Positions 1 to 13,834 are shown, counted from the stretch's first letter. The stretch: DNA of 64,000 nucleotides from Selaginella moellendorffii (GCF_000143415.4 NW_003314266.1:2622414-2686413); one strand, 5' to 3'. The notes: generated by a model not told the origin, from the letters alone. A program made the numbers and translations.

Positions 1-1023
1 ATAAGATCTATGATATTACATAGAAATTTATGGTATTAAATTTTAAATTATGTCCTTCCAAAATATATGACCTATTCTTCCAAAACTTTATACATTTTAT
101 GTACTTTTGTATGTGCTTCCAAAAATACATAAGAATTAAAGAATTTTAAAATTCATTTTAACCTCTCCTTTAATGGTTAAGAAAAAATAACAGTACAATT
201 TTTATATTTTAGATCCAGATCATCTAGCATAGGTGGCTCTTGTGCTTGCAAATAGATGTTTTTTTCTTGGTTCATTTTTTGTTATGGTTTGCAACTATAT
301 GGTGGATTATGGTCTACTGTGATCCTCACTTTTTTTCGGTGGAATTATTTGGTGCTGCATATGCTAGAGTCCAGTAAAAGATTGGATTTATGACTATGAT
401 GAAAAGCACATTCTTTTGTAAGTTTAACATATATTTTTTGAGCTGAATTTCCTTTTTAAACCAAAAACATTAGCTTATGCATTGTTTTTAAAAAGTCTAT
501 AAAACATGAAAGCTTCTTAAAGAGGATGAGGGAATAGATTAAATAATTTATATTTTTATACTAGAAGATAGGGACTATTAAAACTTAAACCTTTCAAATG
601 AGATCTTGAATTTGGAAAACCACAAAACATGCATTAAGGTGATGACTTTCACATCTAGGAGCCCATCAAATACCTTAACCTTTGAGATAGCAATGAAGTG
701 AACTATAAAGGTCTTTGCTGAAATGACTTTAGGAGTTAAAAAAGCTATGACTTTTTTTGCAACCAATGTAAACAAGTTGGTTTCTAATGTATTGACACTA
801 AGTATGGACAAACCTTGCAACATAAATCTTAAATTTGGTCACAAGTTGCTTAAAGGTAGCTTATTATCAACTATTTCATTGACTAGAAAAATCATTGATA
901 ATTTTAATAGAAAAATTTTTAACCAAGAAAAATTCTTACTGAAGATGCATGTCCTATCAACATGGTCTTTTGCCTCATTAGTGATCTCCTAAGGAGGAGT
1001 AAAGGGTGTCTTGTAGATATAGT

Positions 1024-1265
1024 AAACTATTATGTAATGATATTAAAGGATTAATGCTCAATATATGAATGTTTTTGTCAAGTCAATGCAAAATAGAGCA
1101 AAAGAGAACTAACAATCAAGCTAGAGTAGAAATCAAAGAGTAAAGGATATGTAGCAAACATAAAACTATCATGTAGTGATATTAAAAGATTAGTGCTTAA
1201 TAAGTGAAGGTTCTTGCTAAGATGCAAAACAAAAATAAAGAGAATTAATAAACCAAACCAAGTAT
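1024..1265. repeat. Degenerate tandem duplication, ~140 bp unit
   Basis: aaactattatgtaatgatattaaaggattaatgctcaata (1024) recurs as aaactatcatgtagtgatattaaaagattagtgcttaata (1164), with similarity continuing downstream. Confidence 0.7.
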
Positions 1266-1484
1266 GTTTAACTAAATAGACACTTAAAAATTTCTTTCTT
1301 ATCCTTATTTGACCAAATATGCCTCTAACATTTCAATAAGAGGGGTTTAACAAAAGGAATCAATAGTAACAATATCTTGCCATAATGGTAATAAAAAGAG
1401 AATGTTCGAAAGGAATAGTTAAATAGTATGAAGTTATATTTATATCATACACTCGCACAAAAGTGATTGAGAAATGAAGTTCAG

Positions 1485-2010
1485 TGTAATCTCTTGAATT
1501 TTAACTTCTTAGGAAGTCATTTAGCCCAATACTATTCAAACTTAAGAACACTTAACCCCAAGTATCTCAAATATATTTTTTCTCGAGTCGTTCTTTTTAG
1601 TTGTTTACAATTCACTATACTTCTTTGCAAATTCAAACCTTTGTAAATGGAAACTAAGAGTTGTAGCTCTCCCGAAAGCCCCGCTCTTTTGACACCCTAC
1701 CCTTAGGGTCGAACCCAACCGAGAGCAAATTGAACCTATTAAATGTTAATTAACATGTGGTATGATTCCCCTAGCCAACCAATAGAGTTGGACCTGAAAC
1801 CTTTCTAATGCCAAATGTAAGTTTTTGAATTTCAACTTCCTGAGAGATCACTCAGTTCAGTAATATTCAAACTCAAAGACACTTAACCTCAAATATCCCA
1901 AAACCTTTAACTAATTGGAAAAAGGGGTGCCTTCGTTTTCATGAGCCCTTTTCTTTTATATTTGAACTCTTATGAATCGTCTTTTGAGTCATTCTTTTTA
2001 GTTGCTTACA
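1485..2010 (-). mobile_element. TRIM-like non-autonomous LTR retroelement, copy A
   Basis: Two direct repeats bounded by TGTAA...TTACA (1485-1609, internally deleted; 1816-2010) around a ~205 bp non-coding interior. PBS-like TGGCATTAGA on the minus strand at 1804-1813 (cf. tRNA-iMet PBS TGGTATCAGA). Flanks TTCAG/TTTAG match 4/5 as a TSD. Confidence 0.75.
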
Positions 2011-4153
2011 TTTAGATGTTAAATTTAACCTTAATTCTTTTTTCATTCTTTTATTGGATTATTCCACCACAACATTCCTAGAGCATTTATTATCTCCTCC
2101 ATTAAATATTGAAATTATACCATATATTCTCCAATGTAATGCCAAGTGATTCTTTAATGCAATATCCACTCCTTGTAGCATTAGAAATGTGCTTATCCAA
2201 TAGTAGGAAGAGAGTAAAATATGAGCCATGAATATTTTTCTTAAAAGTTCAAATAAAGTTTATTTCAAGAGGTATAAAACTTCATGACTGTAGGTCAAAG
2301 TTTTTTATATTTATAAAGGAAATTTTAAAATTGCAATATGTTAGATTTTGAATAAAATCCTAAATACCCTTTATATTATATTTATAGCTAAAAATCAATA
2401 AAAAATATATGAATTTTTAACTGGTGTAATGTATATATGTTATAACCATACATCCACAACAAAATTCTTTTTTTCTTTTCTTAAGATCATCAATGCAAAT
2501 GTGTGTGTGTGTTTTTTTTTTATGTCTCAGTCCCATATATCTACAAGTCTTTGGTAACAATATACCCTCCATTTCGTAATGCTCAATGAAAATTGGGATC
2601 AAGCACACTTACATATATTATACAATACAAAATAAATAATAAATATCTATATAAGTTTACATACTCTTCTTCTTTTATAAAATGCAAGGTGATATAATTT
2701 CTTACTATGCAAAGCATGAACAAAACTAATATATTGTTTCTTGATTGCTAAATATTGCAGAGCTAAAGTATTAGGTGATTACATTTTCTGAAGGGTAAAT
2801 GTTAGATATTTAACAAGTAATATCTTTAAGTTTTTAAGTGTGTGGTTGCATAAAGTTTGAGATATACCTATCCTTGCAATACTTTAGCACATTCAATGCA
2901 AAATAACTACTTGGTTTTTTTTGTGCTAATTTAAATATGATAAAGTATATGAAACACAACCAAAGGTAATGGATAATGCAAAAAAGAATTTTATGAAATA
3001 TATTTTCAAGACTATATTGTTATACCTTTGAATTTTACTATATTTAAAATATGGACATATCTAGATTTTTACCATGAGTTTTTGCTATAGTAGTATCAAA
3101 GTTTTAAGGTATGAGAGCATATTATACTTTCTAAAGAAAATGAACAAATTCAAGATTTTTAAAGACTTTGCAAAAATTCTTAGTACAATGTCTCATTTTT
3201 TTCCAATTAAAAAAGTGTAAAGTGTACCATTTGAATTCTATGTTCTAGTCAATATTATCAAATACTTAACGAGCCAAATTCAACTATTATTGCTTCTAGC
3301 ATCAGTCATGCTAAATGCTAAAAGGAATAATAAGCCTTCAACATTTATACCAATTGCTCTAACCATTTATCTAAGTTGCTATAATTATACATCTAAGATA
3401 TCTCAACTTAAATGTATCCCATCTAAGACTTATTAAAGGACTATCATACACAAAACTGATGAAACAAACACTATATAAGAGAAATAACCTTTTAAAAGTA
3501 AAATTTTCATCAGCCTTGATATTTAAATTGCTTATGACAAATAAATTTCCATGAAAGAACTTCAAATATGTTATATGATGATAGTTTTCTCCTTTCCTCT
3601 CCAAACCTTTTAATAGGATCTATACTTCAATGTATTTCAACAATTATAATTTTTTACAGCCACATTTGGTTCATCTTTTACTTCTACTTTAAATCTAATT
3701 CATTGATGCTTTTTTGTTTCCCATATGCATAAATGTTTTGACTTTGTGAAGGAAGAGGAGTAAGGAGTCTTCATGAACAACTTTGTCTTTTACATCAAAT
3801 TATGTATTGTTTCCTCTCTCATCAAATCACAATCAACTCAAAATGCTTAACAATATCTAAATTTTTTACTATTGTTTTCAGCTTGTACTTTGGCCCTAAA
3901 ACAAGCTGCAAACTCTTCAATGGCACCCCTAGATTAAAATGGAATATTCATTTGAAACTTCGAAGTGTCCAGCACCCAGATCCAGCGGTAAAGTTTGGCA
4001 ATTGTTCCTTACAGTAGTAGACTTTACTAAAATGGTGAAATCCTTTGTAACTTCTCACACAATGACATCATGCTCTTTGGCAACAATCTCTCACTCCAAG
4101 GCTTGGAGCTTCTTAGCACTAAATTCCTTAGATCAAGATCAAGCTGTACAGGA

Positions 4154-5472
4154 CTAGAGCTCAACGGTTATATTCTTCTTGGCACTGCACTCGATTGATT
4201 GCCCTGATCGGGCTGACAGATTGTTCCCAAAGAGCGTGATTTTCATCGCATCAAAGCGCAACACAAATATAGAACCTCTTTTCGGAACCACTGACAAAAC
4301 CAAAAACAAAAGTGAGGACGCTCCGAAAAGGAAACCAAACCTTTGAGCTTGTTATCCAAAGTGATAATGCTGAAAGTGTTCTCGGTTTCTCTTATCATAA
4401 GTCCCTTGGAACCGGAAAAGCTACAGCTTTTCGAAGCCAAAACTGCAGCAAATAGATAAATGGCTCCATAGAGAAAAAAGCAAGAAAACTTTCTACNNNN
4501 NNNNNNNNNNNNNNNNNNNNNNNNNNNNNNNNNNNNNNNNNNNNNNNNNNNNNNNNNNNNNNNNNNNNNNNNNNNNNNNNNNNNNNNNNNNNNNNNTTCC
4601 ATTGGAGCTCCATGTAATTCCGCCGTTAAAATCCTTGATTGCATCATACGCTGGCTGAAGGAAAAAAGGATACTTAGTACCGCGCAAGAAGAATAACGCA
4701 TGCATACCTGCAGCCCTTAATCAAGTCCTCCATGTATTCTTTCCACATTTCATGAAGAGGTGCGTAAAGTTCATGCCTGTGCCAAGTTGATCAGAACAAC
4801 CAGCGAAAAGAAAAAAAACTTATAGCCAACCTTACTTTAAATACTTGGAGCTCAAGACATATGATCCCATCCTTCGGTGTTTCCTGAGAGACCATCGCTG
4901 CATGGAACGCTTGCTGCGGAGCTGAGCTCTTGCACGAGCTTTGTCACTCTGCATCTTCCGCGTTGTAGGATTGTCAAGCTGCACCATCTGGTTTTGCTTG
5001 TTCTCGAATTCTTTCGAAGCCTTGGAACTTTTACCCCATAAATTCTCTAAGAGATGAGCCACTACGTGCTTCCCATCCGAATTTGCGAGCTGAGGCGAAC
5101 AAAAAAAACGTTACGAGCCATCGGAAGAAAAGGCACATTGCAGTCTACCTTCAAGTTAGAAGCTACTTCTCCATGGAAAAAGGACTCCGGCAGTGGGATA
5201 TACATCGGATCGTCTACTGCAATCGAAATTCACGTAAGTAAACACCGCAGAGCAAGAAAGATAGAAAAGATTGACTTACGCGAGCTATATGGCGCAGATA
5301 ATCGCCTTCCCGAAGCCTGCGATTGAGACGCCGGAGTCTTCGGCGACGCTGCAATCCCATTTTTTGCGATCGATGGAAAATGAGGGGTGAAAGGAGACGA
5401 TCCAAAACTTTGCCGCCGATCTAGCGCCTCCAATCGGACCTTCTTCAGCTCCGAGGGCGTCGCATTCGCCAT
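4154..5472 (-). CDS. POP4: RNase P/MRP protein subunit POP4/Rpp29 (multi-exon; assembly gap at one exon/intron junction)
   Basis: Manual splicing gives QLDNP...RSKRSMQRWSLRKHRRMGSY...ELYAPLHEMWKEYM...RILTAELHGA...GLMIRETENTFSIITLDNKLKVVPKRGSIFV...ITLFGNNL, the characteristic Rpp29 motifs. GT-AG introns; telo-box next to the ATG. Confidence 0.88.
4497..4596. other. Assembly gap (100 N)
   Basis: Run of N. Confidence 1.
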
Positions 5473-5859
5473 GAGAATCGGAAAACCCTAACCCCTAGGA
5501 TACCGAATATCCTTTACCCTTAGAAAAGCATATTCCATTTTACACAAACTTAACGTACTTAGACACCACTTCACGTGATATCTGTCCCATTATGCGTTGG
5601 ATCTTTGGGAAGCTAGATGTTGAAGATAGAAAACCTTTTGTTATGGGTGTTGTCCCTCAACAAGAACATAAAGATCACATAGAGAAAACAAGATTTTTAA
5701 CTGACTTTGAGGCCATAGCTAGTGCCACCTTGTCCACTTGGGGTGACAGTCCTGACACATCAGTATGTGAAGTATGAAATAGTGATTTTTAGGGATTATA
5801 TTATGCTATAAGGTTACACTTGGCAATAATCCCACATCACTAGACAGAAAAGAGTCTTA

Positions 5860-6007
5860 TTTCTTGGAAATTATTATTTAAACCCAAGGACACTTAACCC
5901 TAAGTATTTTAATACTCTTAATCAATTATAAAAGGAGTTTTATTCATACCTCTATATTTTAACCTTTATAAATTATTTCTCAAATCGTTCGCTTTGGTTG
6001 CTTATAA
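5860..6007. mobile_element. Partial or solo LTR of the TRIM-like family
   Basis: aaacccaaggacacttaaccctaagtatttt...tttggttgcttata matches the LTRs at 1816-2010 and 21650-21843. Confidence 0.65.
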
Positions 6008-6944
6008 TAAGATTTTGATGAAGTGTTGACCACAATATTCCTAACTTAATTTGCGTTGACACATTTGACTCCACATAAAGCAAGATGCTCTAGAAGCAAA
6101 TGCTATAACTAACATAGATGACCTTTAATAAAGACAATGCAATTGCTAAAAGGCATCACCACAATTATTAGCATGTCCAAATGCTTACTTCAAGACAAAA
6201 GAAGGCTTCAATCCATACAAGTAACTGTGCTCAAACCTTTGTACTATTATAATGCTATCTCTTGAAAACATGTGAAAAATGTCAAACACCATCCCAAGAA
6301 TGATAGATGGCAATTATCGTAAAGTGATCAAATTAATGGTATATATCATTCCCAAGATTCCCATAAAAGAAATCCAATCGGACGTAAAAATTGATAGTAA
6401 AGGTAGAAGGGGCTACACAAAACACTCTAAATGCTGCCATCAACATAGTCTAATATAGTTATATAGCATCAAATAATTGCATCCATTTTTACTCTAAAAT
6501 TAAAGCTTTTATAAAGGAGTATGTTATTTTGCCATGAAGATGAATGAGAGAAAAGAAAAAAAGTTAAAGTGAAGAAATAGAAAAAGCTATAAAAATAAGA
6601 TGGATTTAAATAATATAAAATCTCAATCTAAAATACATACACAATAGACAATTAAATCTGCCTTTCACCTCCACCAAAGTGGGTGTATGAATTATACAAA
6701 TATACATTTTGATTAACATGAAAACCCCTACCTTATATACAGGAGTGCAAGACACTAATAGCATTCATACAAGACCTTACAGCCTTTATTAAGTTACATA
6801 TAGCTTTAAAAAATAAATAGAATGCACAATATCTACAAACTTGAAGAATATGTTACTAGACAGATACTTGTAACACAGTTCACTGACTGACGCAATTGAC
6901 AGTTGTGGTTGCTGACAATTGTTTGAGCTAAGCACATAGGCATC

Positions 6945-8977
6945 TTACGATTTGAAATACTGCGCACAAGTGGGGCACATGAATGGTACCTGAGTGACAC
7001 AGTTCACTTCATTTCTACGTTCTTCCCCTGCTTCTTCGACTAGATCTGCCCCCTGTTCTGGATCCACCACCAGTGCTGGATTGTAGTGGACACAAGGCTG
7101 GTGGTACCATAGGTCACAAACATCACACTGCACCCAGGGAGCATCCCCTCTATCTTCCCAGCAATCGGAGCAGCTTTGCAAATCCTATACAAGCAAGAGT
7201 TCCATTAAAGAGGAAAAGGAACAAGAAAAAATAGCATACCATTCTGGCTGTGTTTTTCCTGAGCTCGTCTAGCCTCGCATCAATGCTCGAAAGCTGTACA
7301 TTGAAGAAGCTGAAAGGCATCACAACGACATAATACTCAAGGCCTAGATGGACTTTGGATGTAGCTCGGTACGAGACCCACCTGTCCGTGTGAATCACCC
7401 ACACAAGCACCTTGATCCGCTTGTCACCAAGAAACAGTTCCTCAGCCTTCTTCACCATCTTCTTGTGATGAGTGATGGCATTCTTAGTGACAGAAAATTG
7501 GAGACCCATGACAAAATTTTTGTCTTCCAAGTAGGCATTGAGGCCAGTGTGGTTAAAGTCGTATGGGACGTGCGCTGTTCCTTCAAGGGGGTGCATTACC
7601 GAGAGAAGCTTTCTGGACATTGGTCCATGGAAGTTAATGACGTGCTTCACTGTTATGTGTGCTCTTTTGCCATGTGCGTAATAAAAGCCTTGAGTCGTAA
7701 ACTTTGTGCTGAGGATTCCCGCCATTTCTGCATTCCAGCCAATGCGAGCCATGTTGTTGTCCTTAGCAACGGCTTGAACCCAGAAGCTGACCTGCTTCCA
7801 CTGCTCACCGAGTTCATCCTCGCGCATGAGTCCGGCTAAGGTGCTAAGCGCATAGGAATGAAGATGAGGGGTGAGAGCCTCAAGCGTTCCATCTTTGCCC
7901 ATGTAGAAACACCTGGTCTCCAGCAGCAGAGGAAGCCTTAAAACTGTTTCTGTGCCCATCAACTCTTTCTGCAACTGCTCTCGAACGTTCCCTCCCAGGT
8001 GGCTCTGGATGAACGTACGTATGTCTGCCTGCAACGATGAGATGCACTGCTGAAACGCTTCCAGGTTTTGGTCGAATTGATCCAGCAGCCTTGGAACTCG
8101 ACCTGTTTTAGACAGATCGACGCGCTCGAGCTCAAAGACCTTGAGGTAGGATGCCAGTTCTTTGTCCTACAAGGCACACACATCTCAGAATGTGAAGACA
8201 AGACGCCTAAGAACTTACATTCAGTCCTCCAACAACCAGCTTGTACTGCGAGGCCTTGGGATGACGAAGGACTTGCGTCCATACACTTGAAATTGAAGTG
8301 CAAAAGACGACAACACAATATTTGAGAAGGGTGCAGAGCAATTGTAGCCCCGGACTATCTCTCGCCAACCTGTGGCCGTCATCAACGACAATGGTCATGT
8401 CCACGTTTGTCCTCTTCATGAAGAAATATTGGACGTCCCAGATCGATTCTTGGCCCGCCTTTATTGCTTCTAGCTCCTGCAAGGCAGCGTTGTCGTCCAC
8501 AAAAGCCCGAAACAGCCCATCCCAGAGTGTATTCTCCGGGGCAAAAGACATTTTAGATCCCTCGACCAGCATAATCCGACGCGGCCGAGACGAGGAGCCG
8601 ATCCTGTCGCGCGCAAACTTGCCATAGAGGTAGAGGACAGACGCTGCGACGCTGCAAGTCTTGCCAGCGCCCGAGATGCCCGTTATGTACCTGAAACCGT
8701 CAATATCGTAAGGACGAAGCTGCTTGCGACCGCCCTTTCCTGGAGGCAAGACTATCTTCGATTCTGGGACTATGAAATTGATGAGCTCCTTGGTGAGAGG
8801 CCTGCCCATGTAATGAAACGTCGTCCGCTGCGAGAAATGGTAGACTTCCATAACCTTGGTCGGGTCCTGAAGATCGGCTTCAGTGAGCAGGGCGGAGAAA
8901 CCCATGAGCAGCCCATGGATCCTCTCCGCATCCTGACGACGGACATCCACAACCCTCTGGCGCTTGCCACCGCCCAT
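6945..8977 (-). CDS. Crinkler(CR)-like P-loop NTPase + PD-(D/E)xK-like region + C-terminal PHD finger, ~641 aa; exons 8977-8219, 8166-7240, 7184-6945
   Basis: Two phase-0 GT-AG introns join three ORFs in frame. Motifs: FHYMGR, Walker A YITGISGAGKT, Walker B TIVVDD, TGRVPRLL, PYDFNHTGLN...GLQFSVTK...H, and PHD CSDC...WVQCDVCDLWYHQPC...FMCPTC. Confidence 0.75.
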
Positions 8978-11532
8978 CCCAATCCAAAAATACTCTATCC
9001 AAAAACCCTAATGGTGCAGAGACGTGATGTACGAAAGGAATATATGTAAAATAGAGAATTTTGGCAAGTTCAGGTGTTGGACTATTTTCTCCCCATCTGA
9101 GTTGGCCATGGTGTGTGAGTTATGGTGCTTACCACTATCTCTAGGAAGTTAGCTGTTAATGTCTGTGACTTAGATTATTTTTACCTTGAGAGCTATTGAG
9201 TTGTGCTTACAGTTTGAAAATATAAAATGTGGGTGCAACACAATTTGTAGTTTTATCTATCACTCTAAACTCCGAAATAGAGTTAATATCATCATCATTT
9301 CAACTTCTTTGTTTTCCAGGAAGCCCTCACCTTATCATTTTATGTCAAATCCAACATAGCACTGCCACAATTGAGTTACTTTGTCTAGGAAACTCACTCT
9401 TATTGGCCCACTTCACTACACAACCACACACACAGAAGTCTCTTCACACCAAAATTTTAGGGAACCCTAAAATTCAGGAAGCAATCAAAGAAATTAGATT
9501 CTGAGATATAAAGGGAAATGATATAAATGAAAGTCTTTTACATTTTGTTAAAGGTTTTGAAATAAACATCTTTAAATTTGAGTAATATTGGGATACCAGG
9601 AAGTTTGAATATACTTATTAACTTAGAACTTTCCATAGCTAAGAAAAGGTGGTGCCTTGTTCTTGGTTCTAGTTGATTAAAAATTAACTTCATCTATTTC
9701 TAAGGTTTGATACTACAAATGTGATATATTTCAAAAAGCGTCACTTGTAATGCAATTGTCTCCATCCTCAATGAACAATTTCCTATATATTGAGTAGTGA
9801 TTGTCCCAGAATGCCTACAAATTACGGGAAAGCAAGCTGGGCAAATTAATATCAATAGGAAAAGAAATAACCATAAACTTGATGCATTATTCTTGTCTTA
9901 CCTCACTCAGCCAATTAGCAACCAAGCTATGCCACTCTTCCATTGGCCAGATCAAAATTTTCCTTGGACCAATAACCCTCATTGGGCTGCAATCCAACAG
10001 CCACAAGCCATAAATTAAAAATACCTAGCTTAGTAACTGTAAAAATTACTTTGCTATTTAAGATTTAATCTTAGCTTTTGAAAAGATCTCATTGATCACA
10101 TATATCATATAAACTACTAATAACTTTAAACTTATAATTAACCAGTGTTTATATATAAAAACCTACATACTTAGGTTTTTAGCTTGCATATTGGTTTTTT
10201 TTATTTGTTGTGTTAGTTTGACACATTTATATGTGTGTTTTCAAGTGACATCTATATTTCATCTTTTAGTGCTTGTGAGTCAACATGCTCATCTTCTTGG
10301 CATTTGGCACAGTAGTGAAGTTTTCATGTGAGGTGTTCTTTGGTCAACTTTAGCAGATATCCAGCTTCCTTTGTTCTCATATTTACTAACAGAACTCTTT
10401 TGGGCCTCCTCATAGATACTCCTCACAATGACTCTTCTCTAGATATTCTTCATCCATTGGCAGAGACATTGGAAGTGCTGCATGTGTGTTCTGCACTTAC
10501 AAAGCACACAAGATGGCATTTACAAGGCTCTAGTTTGATTCAACCTGGCTTAGTGCCTTTTGCTAACCACTTTCAGCTCTAGGCCATGGTTATCAACATC
10601 TGTAATAGACAACTCCTTGGGGGTAAACACCATGGTATGACTAATAAGCCTCATGATACTCAAATGAAACATCACTCCATCTAAGCCAGATGTGCCACTA
10701 TTAGAGACTTACTCTTGCAACAGTGCACTTCCACTACACCATCCTGAAAGAGTGGATAAAACTTAGTCAACTAAAAGAGTGGAGGAATAGATAACTCCTA
10801 TATTTTGGCAAAGTGATTGACAATAAGATCTACTAGTAGTGGCATCCTTTTGACACTGTTTTTTGTTCGGGGAGGGGAGGGGATCTGGACATTGACATGC
10901 TCCATAAAAGAAGACCACAATAGCTTCTACTTCAGAACTAATTCCAGTTGAGACATGAGAGTATCATATAAAGTAACTTGGTGAAAGGGTGGAACACTTA
11001 ATTTTTGTATTAGTCCCATTGGGACATAAGGAATGTACATAAATGTTTATCAAGTGGGGAACCACTCCACCTAAGACAGACTCACCACTGCTGGTTTCCT
11101 TTATGGGAATGGGAATTACTTTTGAGCACTTCCTTAAAGATTTCCTTCAAATTCTCAAGTCCATGCTCTAGATTAATAACCCCTAACCTCAACCCTAATA
11201 CAGTTCAAAAGCATAATAAGAACATTCCTTCAAAACTGAATCTTCAACCTCATTCTCTTACCATACTTTTATATTTTTGGAACCCTCTATAACCCCCCTG
11301 GGAGACAACGAGTGCTTTAAGCCTTTACATTATAGACCTCTGCTAAAAATAGTGTTTGTTCCTCCACTAGCATTTCCAAAGGCTCGTAGCCATTCATTTT
11401 AGACCAAGTGATCTAGACCAATGTAAGACACCTTGATTAAGGAGCATAATGATGTTACCTTGTGGTCTTTGAGCAAGAATTCAAGGATCTTATATACTTG
11501 TTTAAATGAGAGTTGATATTCCTAGCTCTAAT

Positions 11533-12060
11533 TGTAGCGCATGTAGTTTTCACCTTTTATCCTATAGTGATTCACCATAGAATAATCACAAAGTGGAACT
11601 TAAACCTTCCATATGCAATATGTCCAAAGACAATAGAGCAAAACCCAAGTTTCAAGGCATTAAGCCACTAAACAAAGAAACGGAGCCAAATTCCTAAGCA
11701 TGGAGATAAAAAGCAAAAGTATTGAAGCACAGAGCAACTTTTAACTGTATAGCCCAAGGAGCGGAAGGATAGGAGCACGGAGTGACTTGGAACAATACGA
11801 GAGCATCCAGCATCTCAATGCTAGGATCAATATGCAAAATAGAGCCAAATAAAGTTTAATGTTATTTTAGCATATTGGTGGCCTAACACGAGGATATGGG
11901 TACTCCACCAGTTAACATGATATGGAACTTAGGTTTAAACCCAAATTGAATGTAGAATAAGGATAGGCATGCAAGTAAGAGCTAAATTATGTTTTAAGTT
12001 GGTCAACCATGCATTTGGAACCCCCTAGCCCCCCTCCCCCTGCCCCCCCTCTTTAAGAAC
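11533..12060. mobile_element. LTR-like dispersed repeat (family 2), copy 1
   Basis: Starts TGTAGCGC; colinear over ~520 bp with 18660-19210; both copies end in poly-C tracts. Confidence 0.65.
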
Positions 12061-13834
12061 TAACTTCAATGCTAGAAAAAAAATCATGGTACAATCTATA
12101 ATATCCCCCTCAACATATTCATAAGCTTTCTGCATCAATCCAAAAGCTAAACACAATAAAATTATGCTCAACAAATGATTAATAAATCAATCCTCCATAA
12201 ATCCATTTATAATAAAACATAACTCACTTCATAACAAGTAATCATCAATGATCAATATATTCCAAATTCAAATCCAACAACAAATAACATCTTCAATATC
12301 AATCACTAACTCTTTCTCTCATAAAGTTAGTATAGTTTATGACTAAATCACTTTTCAAGGAAAAACTAAAGCTTAACCCCTATTAAACAATCTTGTCTAG
12401 AACATAATTAATTTAACTTGCCACTCAATTTGTTTGAATGTCAAAAAAATTACTAATTAGCATGAATGCTAACAACGTAAAGTTATAGCCAAATCATTAA
12501 CACTATTTGCATTGAGACTAATGAAATTCAATATTAATCCTATGGAGAGACATTTCATTTCACTTGAATTGTAATGTCAATAATGTCAATGACAGGGCAT
12601 CATTTCAATGCCATCAATATTAGAATAAAGATAATACAAAGAAAGAGTGAATCACCACTCAAAGCTCTTTAACAACTAAGCTAACCAAAGTCGAAGATAT
12701 TATACTTAGTATCTGAAACCAATTCTTCAACAATACTTAGTTACAAATAACACATCATCAAGTAGTGGATCACCACATCCAAGACTCAATAAAATCCAAC
12801 ATTATCGATTAAACACAATCAAATGATATCGACAGAGGTAAAGTTAACATGCTAACATGCCAACATGGAAAAGCTATATAAGTTTAATGGCATAATCCTT
12901 CACAACACTATCTAGTAAAGCAAACCCATCACTAATAAATCTTCATTGAGCAAAACAAGTGTCAACAATCCTTAATAAAGTCTACCAACAATCACTAATT
13001 GCAATGCAACCAACAATCATTCTTTCAACTTACTTTTATAAAACTCAAACACTAAACTCATGTTATTGAGTTATATACTTGTCCAATATGAACATAATAC
13101 CTTAGGTATGAGATAAAGGTTCATAGATAAACATGAATTAAATGACCACTCGAATCCAACTTAACCGCAATAAGCTCACTAATGTGTTTAGCTAACAATT
13201 TTGAGCATGCCTTGAAGAAGTTACCTATGCATGACCAACACTTAGTTGTAACTAAAGTGAAGACTATGAAATGTATTTATATTAATACATAACCTCCTGA
13301 TAGACAAAGCTATAGTATGGGTATTAATATCTTAACTTCAAATAACTAAGTTAGACATCATTATCCTTAGTTAAGATGCAAAACTACAAAAACTAGTCTT
13401 TTGCTCCTATCCTTTAATTGTTGCACTCAACAACATATGATCGCTACATCCATTCTCGAGATATCCTATTAGTTCCATAGTAAAGATTTTGTTTTGCCAA
13501 ATTTAGAAGGTGTTCACCCTTAGTATGTCGTTTTAACATTTTTTGCCATGGGCTCTATCCATGGCTCAACTTTGTAACTCTCTATAAAAACTATTTTCTT
13601 TAGACTCACTATGTCATCTCCTTGACACAGCTTATTTCCCTTAGGTGTTCTTCCCACTTAGTCACCTTGACCAAGCCACACCATCATCAATATTTCAAAT
13701 CAACACTTTAAATTAGGAACCTTATTCCTTAACCTCATAAGGACTTTGTCTTTGTTTTAGCCATAAGATTTAACCTTGACACTTTAACAAATTTGCCAAT
13801 AAGTATTAGATTTTCCAGACCTTTAAGTTGTTAG

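Noticed and set aside
10400-10530. Minus-strand CVLCKCR...HFQCLCQWM resembling a RING-v zinc finger
   Set aside because: Short, flanked by stops, cysteine spacing unconvincing
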